From: Dickeya dadantii NCPPB 898
GTDB lineage: Bacteria; Pseudomonadota; Gammaproteobacteria; Enterobacterales; Enterobacteriaceae
Length of the DNA: 32,000 nucleotides
Assembly (NCBI RefSeq): GCF_000406145.1
Contig: NZ_CM001976.1
Location: forward strand, 1,177,263 to 1,209,262
Direction: 5' to 3'
Shown here: positions 20,183 through 29,334 of the stretch, piece by piece
Layout: every line of letters starts with the position of its first letter
How positions within the stretch are numbered: position 1 is the stretch's first letter
The notes under the pieces: generated by a model
Told to the model about the DNA's origin: nothing
Databases searched by the model: none
The model's input: the letters and a program-made list of their open reading frames with translations, nothing else
Position numbers and translations under genes: made by a program

Positions 20183-21949
20183 GTGAGACTTTTTGTTCAA
20201 CTGGGATGGTATTTCCGCCGTGAATGGAAGCGTTATCTGGGGGCGGTAATCCTATTGATTGTGATTGCTATCCTGCAATTGCTGCCGCCCAGACTGGTTG
20301 GCATCATTGTTGACGGCGTAACGCAGCGTCAAATGGCCACGACCACGGTACTGTGGTGGATCGGCGGGATTCTGCTGGTTGCGTTATTGACCTATCTGTT
20401 GCGTTATTTCTGGCGCATCTGGCTGTTTGGCGCAGCCTATCAACTGGCCGTTGAGCTGCGTGAAGATTTCTATCGCCAACTGAGCCGACAGCATCCTGCT
20501 TTTTATCTTCGCCATCGCACCGGCGACCTGATCGCCCGCGCGACCAATGACGTGGATCGGGTGGTATTTGCCGCCGGGGAAGGGGTGTTGACGCTGGTGG
20601 ATTCGCTGGTGATGGGGTGTGCGGTGCTGGTGGTGATGTGCACCCAACTCAGTTGGCAACTGACGCTAATGGCGCTGGCGCCGATGCCGCTGATGGCGGT
20701 GATCATCAAGCGCTATGGTACGCAGTTGCATCAGCGTTTCAAAGACGCGCAGGCGGCATTCTCCTCGCTCAATGACCATGCTCAGGAGAGCCTCACCAGT
20801 ATTCGCATGATTAAAGCGTTTGGTCTGGAAGATCACCAGTCGGGCAGTTTCGCCCGCGTCGCCGCCGACGCCGGTCGGAAAAACATGCGAGTGGCGCGGG
20901 TAGATGCGCGTTTCGACCCGACGATTTATATCGCGGTGGCCTTCTCCAACCTGCTGGCGGTCGGGGGCGGCAGTTGGATGGTGATTAACGGTTCCATGAC
21001 GTTGGGGGCGTTGACCAGTTTCGTCATGTACCTTGGCTTGATGATTTGGCCGATGCTGGCGATGGCCTGGATGTTTAATATTGTCGAGCGCGGTAGCGCC
21101 GCCTATAGCCGTATCCGTCAGCTTTTGTCTGAGGCTCCGGTGGTGGTGGATGGCTCTCAGCCGTTGCCTGCCGAGTCGGGGACGCTGGCGGCGGAGATCG
21201 CTGCTTTCCATTATCCGGGACATCCGGCGTCGGTGCTCAATGATGTCCGTTTTACGCTGGAGCCAGGTAAAACCCTAGGGCTGTGCGGCCCGACCGGTTC
21301 TGGCAAGAGTACGCTGCTGGCATTGCTGCTGCGTTATTTTGATGTTGAACAAGGTCGGATAACCTATCACCAACAGCCATTACACCAGATTCGACTGGAT
21401 GAACTGCGGAGCCGGTTTGCGGTGGTCGGTCAGACGCCGTTCCTGTTTTCGGACTCGGTAGCCAACAATATTGCGCTGGGGCGCCCCGATGCTTCCCAAC
21501 AGCAGATCGAAGAAGCGGCGCGGCTGGCAAATGTGCATGACGATATTCTTCGCTTGCCGCAGGGCTATCAGACCGAAGTCGGCGAACGAGGGGTGATGCT
21601 GTCTGGCGGCCAGAAACAGCGCATTGCTATTGCCCGCGCGTTGTTGCTGGAGGCCGAAGTGCTGGTGCTGGATGACGCGTTGTCAGCGGTGGATGGCCGC
21701 ACGGAGCATCAGATTTTGAGCAATTTACGTCAGTGGGGGCAGAGGCGAACGCTGATCATCAGTTCGCATCGTCTGTCGGCGCTAGTGGATGCCGATGAAA
21801 TTTTGGTGTTGCAGCAAGGGTATGTCGCGCAACGCGGCGCTCATGGGCAACTGTCGCAGCAGGCCGGGTGGTATCGCGATATGTATCGTTATCAACAACT
21901 GGAAGCCGCGCTGGATGATTCCCCTCATGAGGAGCAACCGAATGAGTAA
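20183..21949 (+). CDS. mdlA: ABC transporter, fused permease and ATPase, MdlA
   Basis: 588-aa ORF with a GTG start ([22 protein letters not shown]...), colinear with E. coli MdlA. It carries Walker [10 protein letters not shown] and the signature LSGGQKQR. Confidence 0.9.
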   Translation: MRLFVQLGWYFRREWKRYLGAVILLIVIAILQLLPPRLVGIIVDGVTQRQMATTTVLWWIGGILLVALLTYLLRYFWRIWLFGAAYQLAVELREDFYRQLSRQHPAFYLRHRTGDLIARATNDVDRVVFAAGEGVLTLVDSLVMGCAVLVVMCTQLSWQLTLMALAPMPLMAVIIKRYGTQLHQRFKDAQAAFSSLNDHAQESLTSIRMIKAFGLEDHQSGSFARVAADAGRKNMRVARVDARFDPTIYIAVAFSNLLAVGGGSWMVINGSMTLGALTSFVMYLGLMIWPMLAMAWMFNIVERGSAAYSRIRQLLSEAPVVVDGSQPLPAESGTLAAEIAAFHYPGHPASVLNDVRFTLEPGKTLGLCGPTGSGKSTLLALLLRYFDVEQGRITYHQQPLHQIRLDELRSRFAVVGQTPFLFSDSVANNIALGRPDASQQQIEEAARLANVHDDILRLPQGYQTEVGERGVMLSGGQKQRIAIARALLLEAEVLVLDDALSAVDGRTEHQILSNLRQWGQRRTLIISSHRLSALVDADEILVLQQGYVAQRGAHGQLSQQAGWYRDMYRYQQLEAALDDSPHEEQPNE

Positions 21950-23735
21950 TTCCCGCGCATTATGGCCGACGCTGAAACGGTTGCTGGCTTACGGTCTGCC
22001 GTGGAAGAAAACGGTAGGGGCTGGGGTTTTGCTACTGTGGGTGGCGGCGGGAGCGGAAGTGGCGGGGCCTGTGCTGGTCAGCTATTTCATCGATCATCTG
22101 GTGAGCAAAGGCGAATTTCCGCTGATGGTGGCGGCCGAGTTGGCGGCAGGCTATGTCGTGCTGCAGGGGATTGCGGCGTTGTTGCATTATGTTCAGGCGC
22201 TGATGTTCAACCGAGTAGCGGTCGGCGTCGTGCAGCAGTTGCGTATTGATGTGATGGATGCGGCTTTGCGTCAACCGTTAGCGGTGTTTGATACCCAGCC
22301 GGTCGGGCAACTGATCTCCCGCGTGACCAACGATACGGAAGTGGTTCGGGATCTGTATGTAATGGTGGTAGGCAGCGTGCTGCGCAGCGCCGCGCTGATC
22401 GGGGCGATGCTGATAGCCATGTTCACCCTGGACTGGCGTATGGCGCTGGTGGCGTTGACCATTTTCCCGGCGGTCGCGATTGTCATGGTAATTTATCAGC
22501 GCTACAGCACGCCGATTGTCCGGCGGATGCGTAGCTACCTGGCGGAAATCAACGATGGTTTCAACGAATCCATCAGCGGCATGAGCGTCATCCAACAGTT
22601 CCGTCAGCAGAGACGATTTGGCAAAAAGCTGAGTGAGGCCAGTTGGTCGCATTATGATACGCGCATGCAGACGCTGCGGCTGGATGGCTTCCTGCTGCGT
22701 CCGCTGTTGAGCCTGTTTTCGGCACTGGTGATGTGCGGTCTGTTGCTGCAGTTTGGTTTCAGTTCGGTCGGTTCTGTTGGGGTCGGGGTATTGTATGCTT
22801 TTATCAACTATCTGGGCCGCCTGAATGAGCCGCTGATCGAACTGACCACCCAGCAGTCGATGTTACAGCAGGCTGTCGTAGCGGGAGAGCGTATTTTTGA
22901 GCTGATGGACGGCGCCCGCCAGCGTTATGGCGACGATGTACGTGCGCTGGAGAGCGGGCGTATCGATATCAGTCAGGTGACGTTTTCCTATCATAAAGGC
23001 AAGCCAGTACTGCATGACATTGAGTTGCATGTGCCGGATCGAGGATTTGTCGCGTTGGTTGGGCATACCGGAAGCGGTAAGAGTACGCTGGCAAGTCTGT
23101 TGATGGGGTATTACGTGCCGGATAGCGGGGAAATCCGTCTGGATGACCGTCCGTTGTCGACGTTGTCGCATCAGGTGCTGCGTCAGCATGTGGCAATGGT
23201 GCAACAGGACCCGGTGGTGCTGGCTGATTCCATGTACGCCAATGTCACGCTGGGGCGCGACATCAGTGAGGAAAACGTCTGGCAGGTGCTGGAAGCGGTG
23301 CAACTGGCGCCGCTGGTGCGAGCCATGCCGGAAGGCCTTCATAGCCGTATCGGCGAGCAGGGCAACAACCTGTCGGTTGGGCAAAAACAGCTGCTGGCGC
23401 TGGCCAGAGTGCTGGTAGCGGCCCCCAGAATTCTGATTCTGGATGAGGCGACCGCCAATATCGATTCCGGCACCGAGCAGGCTATCCAGCGAGCGTTGCG
23501 GCTGGTACGTTCCCATACCACGCTCGTGGTGATCGCGCATCGTCTGTCAACCATTGTCGAGGCGGACAACATTCTGGTGCTGCACCACGGTAAAACGGTG
23601 GAGCAGGGAACACACGAACAGTTGCTGACCAGAGAAGGGCGCTATTACCAGATGTACCAGTTGCAGCAGGCGAGCAGAGAGTTAGCCTTTTCGCAACCGC
23701 ACGATTCTTCCGAACTGATATCTCAGGCACCATGA
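21942..23735 (+). CDS. mdlB: ABC transporter, fused permease and ATPase, MdlB
   Basis: In track ORF 21789..23735 the conserved start is [21 protein letters not shown] (ATG at 21942). It overlaps the mdlA stop as ATGAGTAA, an 8-nt overlap consistent with translational coupling. It carries Walker [10 protein letters not shown] and the signature LSVGQKQL. Confidence 0.9.
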   Translation: MSNSRALWPTLKRLLAYGLPWKKTVGAGVLLLWVAAGAEVAGPVLVSYFIDHLVSKGEFPLMVAAELAAGYVVLQGIAALLHYVQALMFNRVAVGVVQQLRIDVMDAALRQPLAVFDTQPVGQLISRVTNDTEVVRDLYVMVVGSVLRSAALIGAMLIAMFTLDWRMALVALTIFPAVAIVMVIYQRYSTPIVRRMRSYLAEINDGFNESISGMSVIQQFRQQRRFGKKLSEASWSHYDTRMQTLRLDGFLLRPLLSLFSALVMCGLLLQFGFSSVGSVGVGVLYAFINYLGRLNEPLIELTTQQSMLQQAVVAGERIFELMDGARQRYGDDVRALESGRIDISQVTFSYHKGKPVLHDIELHVPDRGFVALVGHTGSGKSTLASLLMGYYVPDSGEIRLDDRPLSTLSHQVLRQHVAMVQQDPVVLADSMYANVTLGRDISEENVWQVLEAVQLAPLVRAMPEGLHSRIGEQGNNLSVGQKQLLALARVLVAAPRILILDEATANIDSGTEQAIQRALRLVRSHTTLVVIAHRLSTIVEADNILVLHHGKTVEQGTHEQLLTREGRYYQMYQLQQASRELAFSQPHDSSELISQAP

Positions 23736-23812
23736 CAACCAACGCAGTGCAGCGTTTCGCACCATAATTTGGCAGAGCCCGCCTTGTTGTGCAGTGCGCT
23801 GCACTGAAACCA

Positions 23813-23844
23813 AGCGCGACGCACTATTTTTGTGCGTCGCGCGC
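23813..23844 (+). promoter_or_regulatory. Long dyad (GCGCGACGCAC-TATTTTT-GTGCGTCGCGC): NtrC-like enhancer site and/or mdlB terminator
   Basis: An 11-12 bp stem followed by a T-rich tract is compatible with an mdlB terminator. Its centre, GCACTATTTTTGTGC (23821..23835), matches about 10 of 14 positions of the NtrC consensus TGCACCA-N3-TGGTGCA and sits about 140 bp upstream of the glnK sigma54 start region. The two roles cannot be separated from sequence. Confidence 0.4.
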
Positions 23845-23943
23845 TCCTGTTTTTCCTGTTCATTGTCCATACTTCATACAGTCATCTTCCGTTCTGTCCC
23901 TAACGGGTCGCGTTTTATCGCTTTTGCTTCGGTTCAACATTTA

Positions 23944-23959
23944 TGGCACACGATTTGCT
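23944..23959 (+). promoter_or_regulatory. Sigma54 (-24/-12) promoter of glnK-amtB
   Basis: TGGCAC-ACGAT-TTGCT fits the sigma54 consensus TGGCAC-N5-TTGCW. It lies about 70 nt upstream of the glnK ATG. glnK-amtB is NtrC- and sigma54-dependent in E. coli. Confidence 0.7.
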
Positions 23960-24029
23960 TTAAGTGATGCGTGGACATATTTGAGAGTGACGGGCGCGGG
24001 CCTGAACTTACATGGTTAGGGGGATGAGG

Positions 24030-24368
24030 ATGAAACTGGTTACTGTGGTAATTAAACCGTTCAAGCTGGAAGACGTACGTGAAGCATTGTCTTCTGTGGG
24101 CATCCAGGGGCTCACCGTCACTGAGGTGAAAGGGTTTGGGCGTCAGAAAGGGCATGCGGAACTGTATCGTGGCGCGGAGTACAGCGTTAACTTTTTGCCA
24201 AAGGTGAAAATCGATATTGCGATTGCCGACGACCAGTTGGATGAAGTTATCGATGTCATCAGCAAAGCCGCCTACACCGGTAAGATTGGCGACGGCAAAA
24301 TCTTTGTCGCGGAACTGCAGCGTGTCATCCGTATCCGCACCGGCGAAACTGACGAAGCCGCACTATAA
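24030..24368 (+). CDS. glnK: Nitrogen regulatory protein PII-2 (GlnK)
   Basis: In track ORF 24012..24368 the conserved start is MKLVTVVIKPFKLEDVREAL (112 aa), with the T-loop YRGAEY. It lies directly upstream of amtB. Confidence 0.95.
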   Translation: MKLVTVVIKPFKLEDVREALSSVGIQGLTVTEVKGFGRQKGHAELYRGAEYSVNFLPKVKIDIAIADDQLDEVIDVISKAAYTGKIGDGKIFVAELQRVIRIRTGETDEAAL

Positions 24369-24410
24369 CAATTACCTGATTTAGCCTTATTAAATAGGGA
24401 TGAAGAAAAA

Positions 24411-25703
24411 ATGAAGAAACTTTCCTTGTCATTAGGTTTAGGGGCGGCTGCCATGCTTCCGGCATGGGCCATGGCGGATACGCCGGCGCCTGTGGCGGAC
24501 AAAGCGGACAATGCGTTCATGATGATTTGTACCGCGTTGGTGCTGTTCATGACGATTCCAGGATTGGCGCTGTTTTACGGCGGCCTGATTCGTAGCAAAA
24601 ACGTGCTGTCCATGCTGACTCAGATTATGGTGGCTTTTGCGCTGGTTTGCATTCTGTGGGTGATTTATGGCTACAGCGTGGCATTCAGCACGGGCAGCCC
24701 GTTCTTCGGCGGCCTGACCAATTTCATGCTGAATGGTATTGATATCAACTCTGTCAGCGGTACTTTCTACCAGTTTATCCATGTGGCTTATCAGGCGTCC
24801 TTTGCCTGCATTACCGTGGGGCTGGTGATTGGCGCGCTGGGCGAGCGTATTCGTTTCTCCGCTGTGCTGATCTTCTCCGGATTGTGGTTCACCTTGTCTT
24901 ATCTGCCGATGACCCACATGGTATGGGGCGGCGGTTATCTGGCGGCGGACGGGGCGCTGGACTTCGCCGGCGGTACCGTAGTACACATCAACGCCGCTGT
25001 GGCGGGTCTGGTTGGCGCGTTGTTGTTAGGCAAACGTGTCGGTTTCGGCAAAGAGGCTTTCAAGCCGCATAACCTGCCGATGGTATTTTTGGGCACGGCT
25101 ATCCTGTATATCGGCTGGTTCGGTTTCAACGCCGGTTCTGCCGCTGCCGCCAACAACGTAGCGGGTCTGGCGTTCCTGACCACCGTGGTGGCGACGGCTG
25201 CTGCGATTCTGGCCTGGGTGGTTGGCGAGTGGATTACTCGCGGCAAACCGTCTCTGCTGGGCGCCTGTTCTGGCTGTATCGCAGGTCTGGTTGCCATTAC
25301 GCCGGCCGCGGGCACCGTGGGTATCGGTGGCGCGATGGTTATCGGTTTTGCAGGTGGCTTTGCTGGTCTGTGGGGCGTGACCGTGCTGAAAAAATGGCTG
25401 CGCGTCGACGATCCGTGTGATGTATTCGGTGTGCACGGCGTATGCGGCGTCGTAGGGTGTTTGCTGACCGGCGTGTTCACCGCCGCATCGCTGGGGGGGA
25501 CCGGTTATGCGCAGGGTGTGACCATGGCTCATCAGGTATGGGTACAGCTGTTCAGTGTGATCGTCGCTATCGTATGGTCCGGCGTCGCAGCGTTCATCTC
25601 CTTCAAGGTCGCGGATATTGCTGTTGGTCTGCGCGTACCGGAAGAACAAGAGCGTGAAGGTCTGGACGTCAACAGCCACGGCGAAAACGCGTACAACCAG
25701 TAA
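24411..25703 (+). CDS. amtB: Ammonium channel AmtB
   Basis: 430-aa ORF with a signal peptide followed by ADKADNAFMMICTALVLFMTIPGLALFYGGLIRSKNVLSML, colinear with E. coli AmtB. Confidence 0.95.
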   Translation: MKKLSLSLGLGAAAMLPAWAMADTPAPVADKADNAFMMICTALVLFMTIPGLALFYGGLIRSKNVLSMLTQIMVAFALVCILWVIYGYSVAFSTGSPFFGGLTNFMLNGIDINSVSGTFYQFIHVAYQASFACITVGLVIGALGERIRFSAVLIFSGLWFTLSYLPMTHMVWGGGYLAADGALDFAGGTVVHINAAVAGLVGALLLGKRVGFGKEAFKPHNLPMVFLGTAILYIGWFGFNAGSAAAANNVAGLAFLTTVVATAAAILAWVVGEWITRGKPSLLGACSGCIAGLVAITPAAGTVGIGGAMVIGFAGGFAGLWGVTVLKKWLRVDDPCDVFGVHGVCGVVGCLLTGVFTAASLGGTGYAQGVTMAHQVWVQLFSVIVAIVWSGVAAFISFKVADIAVGLRVPEEQEREGLDVNSHGENAYNQ

Positions 25704-25749
25704 TTCCTGTTCGGTAATCGATAATAACGGTTATCGTCATGCACCAAAC

Positions 25750-25781
25750 AAAAAAACCACCTTGAAAAAGGTGGTTTTTTT
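25750..25781. terminator. Bidirectional rho-independent terminator shared by amtB (+) and tesB (-)
   Basis: AAAAAAACCACC-TTGAAAAA-GGTGGTTTTTTT, with an A-run and a T-run flanking the stem, lying between convergent genes. Confidence 0.85.
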
Positions 25782-25797
25782 ATGTCTGACACCGTGT

Positions 25798-26661
25798 TTA
25801 CTGACCGTGACGCCGGATGACGCCTTCCTGTACGCTGGATGCCACCAGCACCCCTTCACGGGTATAGAACTGGCCGCGAACAAACCCGCGGGCACCGGAA
25901 GCCGAGGGGCTTTCGACCGAGTAAAGCAACCAGTCGTCCAGTCGGAACGGTCGGTGGAACCACATAGCGTGATCAATCGTCGCGACTTGCATACCCCGTT
26001 CCAGAAATCCCACGCCATGCGGTTGCAGCGCGGTGAGCAGAAAATGGCAATCGGAGGTATAGCCGAGCAGATATTGATGGGTTCGCTCGTCATCTGGCAT
26101 GGCGCCGTTGGCCCGGCACCATACCTGCCTGATCGGCGGGGCCGCTTCGCCTTTTAACGGGTTGTGGAATTTTACCGGACGAATCTCGATCGGCCGGTCA
26201 TTGGTAAAAATCTGGCGCATAACCGGCGGGATCAGATGTTCCATACTGCGGGCGATATCCTGCTCTGATGGTAAATCGTCGGGCGGCGTCACCTGCGGCA
26301 TGTTGCTCTGGTGCTCAAAGCCGCTTTCCCGGGTTTGAAAAGAGGCCGTCATGTAAAAAATCGAGCGACCATTCTGAATGGCGCTGACGCGTCTGGCGCT
26401 AAAACTGTTGCCGTCCCGCAATGTCTCCACATCGTAGATAATCGGTTTCTGGCTGTCGCCGGGAAGCAGGAAGTAGCTGTGAAACGAGTGAATAAAGCGT
26501 TCCGCCGGCACGGTCTGTTTAGCGGCTGATAACGCCTGACCGACCACCTGACCGCCAAATACCTGGCGTAACCCCAGATCCTGACTCTGGCCGCGGAACA
26601 GGCCTTCTTCAAGTTTTTCCAGATTTAACAGGTCGAGAAGATTTTGTAATGCCTGGCTCAT
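25798..26661 (-). CDS. tesB: Acyl-CoA thioesterase II
   Basis: 287-aa ORF beginning [44 protein letters not shown], colinear with E. coli TesB. Confidence 0.95.
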   Translation of the reverse strand: MSQALQNLLDLLNLEKLEEGLFRGQSQDLGLRQVFGGQVVGQALSAAKQTVPAERFIHSFHSYFLLPGDSQKPIIYDVETLRDGNSFSARRVSAIQNGRSIFYMTASFQTRESGFEHQSNMPQVTPPDDLPSEQDIARSMEHLIPPVMRQIFTNDRPIEIRPVKFHNPLKGEAAPPIRQVWCRANGAMPDDERTHQYLLGYTSDCHFLLTALQPHGVGFLERGMQVATIDHAMWFHRPFRLDDWLLYSVESPSASGARGFVRGQFYTREGVLVASSVQEGVIRRHGQ

Positions 26662-26895
26662 AGCTCCGCCTTTGGGTTAATCATGATTACGCGAACGGCT
26701 CATCGTGCGCTTAAAAGAACGTTTTTTGTCAAATTGAGACACGAAGATAGTGGCAGGCATCCGGGATGTTAAGGCGCTGACACAATAACTATCGGAATTT
26801 TCCACCATAATTGTTATGACGGTTGGTTCATACTTCTTAACAGGTGGCGGTTTTTCTGACCGTCATCCTGATAAAATAATTAAGGAGACTTACCT

Positions 26896-27453
26896 ATGAG
26901 ATTATGGCATATCTTTGGTGGTATCACGGTATCGATCGCGCTCTCTGGGTGTGTGAATAACCATGGTGTTGCTCCTGAAGCGACTGCGCCGGCAACGGAG
27001 CAGACTCAGACTCTTTCTCAACCTGTTAGCGGCATGCCCGCTGTGACCGGCACAGTCAATATTCGCCAAAAAATCGCGTTGCCGCCGGATTCGGTGCTGA
27101 CGGTGACCGTATCAGATGCATCGATTCCGGATGTACCTTCAAAAGTGATTTCCCAGCGGGTTATCCGCACGGAAGGGCAGCAGGCGCCATTCCGGTTTGT
27201 GCTGCCTTATAACCCGGCGGAAATCCGGCCGGACGCTCGTATCCTGCTCAGCGCCGCCGTTGCCATTAATCATCGGGTGACACTGATTACCGAGCATGTG
27301 ATGCCGGTGGTGAGCAATGGGGTGAATAACGCTGATCTGACACTGATACCGGTTCCGACTGTACCAGTGCCGGCGAAGCCCGGCGGGTTTTTGACGCCGA
27401 ATGCGCCAGCAGCGTCCGATGGTGTTTCAGATTCGTCATCACTCTCATATTAG
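26896..27453 (+). CDS. ybaY: Outer-membrane lipoprotein YbaY
   Basis: 185-aa ORF with a lipobox (IALSGC). The central region (IRQKIALPPDSVLTVTVSDASIPDVPSKVISQRVIRTEGQQAPFRFVLPYNPAEIRPDARILLSAAV) matches E. coli YbaY. Confidence 0.8.
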   Translation: MRLWHIFGGITVSIALSGCVNNHGVAPEATAPATEQTQTLSQPVSGMPAVTGTVNIRQKIALPPDSVLTVTVSDASIPDVPSKVISQRVIRTEGQQAPFRFVLPYNPAEIRPDARILLSAAVAINHRVTLITEHVMPVVSNGVNNADLTLIPVPTVPVPAKPGGFLTPNAPAASDGVSDSSSLSY

Positions 27454-27483
27454 AGTGTTGTTAATCGCGCTGGCGGTACCTGC

Positions 27484-27825
27484 CTACAATAAATCCTGCA
27501 CGTACCGCCAGCGAAATCTGTCCAGATCGATCTTCCCTTCCGAATCTAGTACCACTCCTTCAGATTGAAGGGCCGATTTTTGCCGCTGGAAATCCGGGCC
27601 GGTAAGCGAAATCTCCCCCTTTCGATTAATCACCCGATACCAGGGGAGCTGGCTGCCGGCGGGGAGACCCCGCAGTATACCTCCTACCTGTCGCGCGGCT
27701 CGGGCAGAACCGGCAAGACGTGCGACATCGCCATAAGTAACGACGTAGCCGTAAGGAATGGCAGCGATAACGTGGATGACACGCTGACGAAAATTGTCCG
27801 CTTCGGTAGTCATGGCGGGATCCAA
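27484..27825 (-). CDS. atl: Alkyltransferase-like DNA base-flipping protein (Atl/YbaZ)
   Basis: 113-aa ORF. RVIHVIAAIPYGYVVTYGDVARLAGSARAARQVGGILRGLPAGSQLPWYRVINRKGEISL matches E. coli YbaZ, which belongs to the MGMT DNA-binding domain family and lacks the catalytic Cys context. The start could alternatively be the second Met, at 27813. Confidence 0.8.
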   Translation of the reverse strand: MDPAMTTEADNFRQRVIHVIAAIPYGYVVTYGDVARLAGSARAARQVGGILRGLPAGSQLPWYRVINRKGEISLTGPDFQRQKSALQSEGVVLDSEGKIDLDRFRWRYVQDLL

Positions 27826-27910
27826 TATGTTGAAACCGGTAGGGAATGAACGGTATCAGCAGTATAAAAGCTGGCGATGGGTAAGAAAACAGCGGTTAGG
27901 CGGTGGTAAC

Positions 27911-27939
27911 TTGCAATTGCCCAGTTCATCGCCGATAAT
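27911..27939 (+). promoter_or_regulatory. Sigma70 promoter of ffs (TTGCAA-17 bp-GATAAT)
   Basis: -35 TTGCAA at 27911..27916, an exact 17-bp spacer, then -10 GATAAT at 27934..27939. The predicted start near 27946 would leave a leader of about 25 nt before the mature 5' end, consistent with the RNase P-processed 4.5S precursor known in E. coli. Confidence 0.6.
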
Positions 27940-27971
27940 GCCCTCCGCTCCACAACAGTGGGGCTGTCAAT

Positions 27972-28085
27972 GGAGGCCCCGTTGGTTCTCCCGCAACACT
28001 AACCTGTGGACCCGGTCAGGTCCGGAAGGAAGCAGCCGCAGCAGGCGACGTGTGTGCCGGGATGTAGCTGGCGGGGCCTCCACCA
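27972..28085 (+). ncRNA. ffs: 4.5S RNA (signal recognition particle RNA)
   Basis: GGAGGCCCCGTTGGTTCTCCCGCAAC...GGTCAGGTCCGGAAGGAAGCAGCC...GTGTGCCGGGATGTAGCTGGCGGGGCCTCCACC is colinear with E. coli 4.5S RNA, including the invariant domain IV GGAA tetraloop region. The 5' and 3' ends are complementary. It lies next to atl/ybaZ as in E. coli. The ends are accurate to within about 2 nt. Confidence 0.9.
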
Positions 28086-28304
28086 TTTTATCTCTCTTCC
28101 CCGGCTGTAACGTTATTCTAATATTCCCGTCTGATACTTTATCAATAAAAGATACAGCGTTTTTTATACGATAAATTCGGTGAAAAGGTTGCTAATCAGA
28201 AAGGTTCGATTTAATTCCAGCGAGAGTGAACGAATTAATAAAGGGAAATTTAAGTAATGCGTGATACTTCTTGTTACAAAGGGAGCGTTATTTTTTACAG
28301 TCCA

Positions 28305-28335
28305 TAAAAACAAAGGCCGACAGAATATCGGCACA
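28305..28335 (-). terminator. Weak candidate terminator downstream of hha
   Basis: On the minus strand, GCCGA-TATTCTG-TCGGC is followed by CTTTGTTTTTAT. The stem is short (5 bp). Confidence 0.35.
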
Positions 28336-28370
28336 GTGTTTTTATGTATTTAAGTTGCTGTTTTTAATGC

Positions 28371-28574
28371 TTAGCGAACGTATTTCCACACAGCAGTCGG
28401 TACTTTGTCGTAAAGTTTATTCATCGTCAGCTCTGCCAGGCGGTGGTCTGCAGCTGAATAGAACATTTCAAGCTCGTCGTTGGAAAGCTCGTACTTGTTT
28501 TTTTCTATAACACGTTCAAGCGTGTCGATGGTTGTACATTTACGCAAACGCATCAAATAGTCGATTTTTTTCAT
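28371..28574 (-). CDS. hha: Hemolysin expression-modulating protein Hha (H-NS co-regulator)
   Basis: 67-aa [58 protein letters not shown] is near-identical to E. coli Hha. Confidence 0.9.
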   Translation of the reverse strand: MKKIDYLMRLRKCTTIDTLERVIEKNKYELSNDELEMFYSAADHRLAELTMNKLYDKVPTAVWKYVR

Positions 28575-28627
28575 AGTGACCTTGTTAATTTTCCTGGATT
28601 TAAATTAAGTATGAAACAAATTATTGC

Positions 28628-28996
28628 TTAAGTTTTTACTACCGTACAGATGCTCTTTTCTGAGAACATTCTGAATAATTGTGACTTGGATTTTTGCCAT
28701 TTCCGCAACTCGGTGTCATTTATACCGTAATTGCTGAAAAGAATATAAGTGTCGTCTAGATATTTCTCAACCCGTTCACATAACGCCGCTTCATGCGGAT
28801 ATTTTATTTTGTAGGTAACAACAAATGCCGCAATATGTTCGATAAGTTCGTTTAGTTGAAGGTTGACCGCAGAGGTCGGATCATTCACCCAGCCACGACT
28901 GCTGTCACCTAATGTCGCGATACTTTCGTCGTGCAGATTTTCACACAAGAATCTGAGTTGGGCAATATCATAATGTTGAGGTGTGTACTCATCCAT
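28628..28996 (-). CDS. tomB: Hha toxicity modulator TomB (YbaJ)
   Basis: 122-aa ORF. MDEYTPQHYDIAQLRFLCENL...GWVNDPTSAVNLQLNELIEHIAAF...KIKYP matches E. coli TomB. It has a GGAGGG Shine-Dalgarno sequence 6 nt upstream and lies upstream of hha as in the tomB-hha operon. Confidence 0.9.
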   Translation of the reverse strand: MDEYTPQHYDIAQLRFLCENLHDESIATLGDSSRGWVNDPTSAVNLQLNELIEHIAAFVVTYKIKYPHEAALCERVEKYLDDTYILFSNYGINDTELRKWQKSKSQLFRMFSEKSICTVVKT

Positions 28997-29099
28997 TTCT
29001 ATCCCTCCGTAAGCTACGATTTAGTGTCACTTAGGGCCACCACTCGGTCAGACAGGTGGTGTGATGAAGTGCAGAAGATAGAATGCCCCTCAGTATGCC

Positions 29100-29297
29100 T
29101 CAATTTCCCTTAATCTTAAGACGGACAGGGGTAACACGGTGAATGCCAGAGAATGACTCGACGTCACTGTCAACAATCATTCTGAATTCATTATAGCAAA
29201 AAAGCCAACGTTTACGGTGTGGTCGAACCAATTTTATGACGATAGCTGCCATCGGTGCGGGCTGCTTCCGGTGTGCCGTGATATATTTATCGACCAC
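29100..29297 (-). CDS. Hypothetical 65-aa ORF (GTG start; internal ATG at 29252 would give 50 aa); doubtful
   Basis: The only evidence is an open frame in the track. There is no convincing Shine-Dalgarno sequence for either start and I recognise no family. It may simply be part of a long tomB leader. Confidence 0.15.
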   Translation of the reverse strand: MVDKYITAHRKQPAPMAAIVIKLVRPHRKRWLFCYNEFRMIVDSDVESFSGIHRVTPVRLKIKGN

Positions 29298-29304
29298 TAG
29301 AGTA

Positions 29305-29334
29305 AGTATATTTAATTTTTTTCTGTGTTAGCAA
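29305..29334 (-). promoter_or_regulatory. Candidate sigma70 promoter facing tomB-hha (TTGCTA-18 bp-TATACT)
   Basis: On the minus strand, -35 TTGCTA (29334..29329) and -10 TATACT (29310..29305) lie in AT-rich DNA. This would give a leader of about 300 nt before tomB. Sequence match only. Confidence 0.3.

Noticed and set aside
27794-28174. 126-aa + strand ORF between atl and hha
   Set aside because: It overlaps the 4.5S RNA gene ffs and its promoter. The frame is open by chance across a GC-rich structured RNA.
28271-28510. 79-aa + strand ORF and 60-aa + strand ORF (28931..29113) in the hha-tomB region
   Set aside because: They are antisense to well-conserved hha and tomB, have no Shine-Dalgarno sequence, and show no recognisable family.
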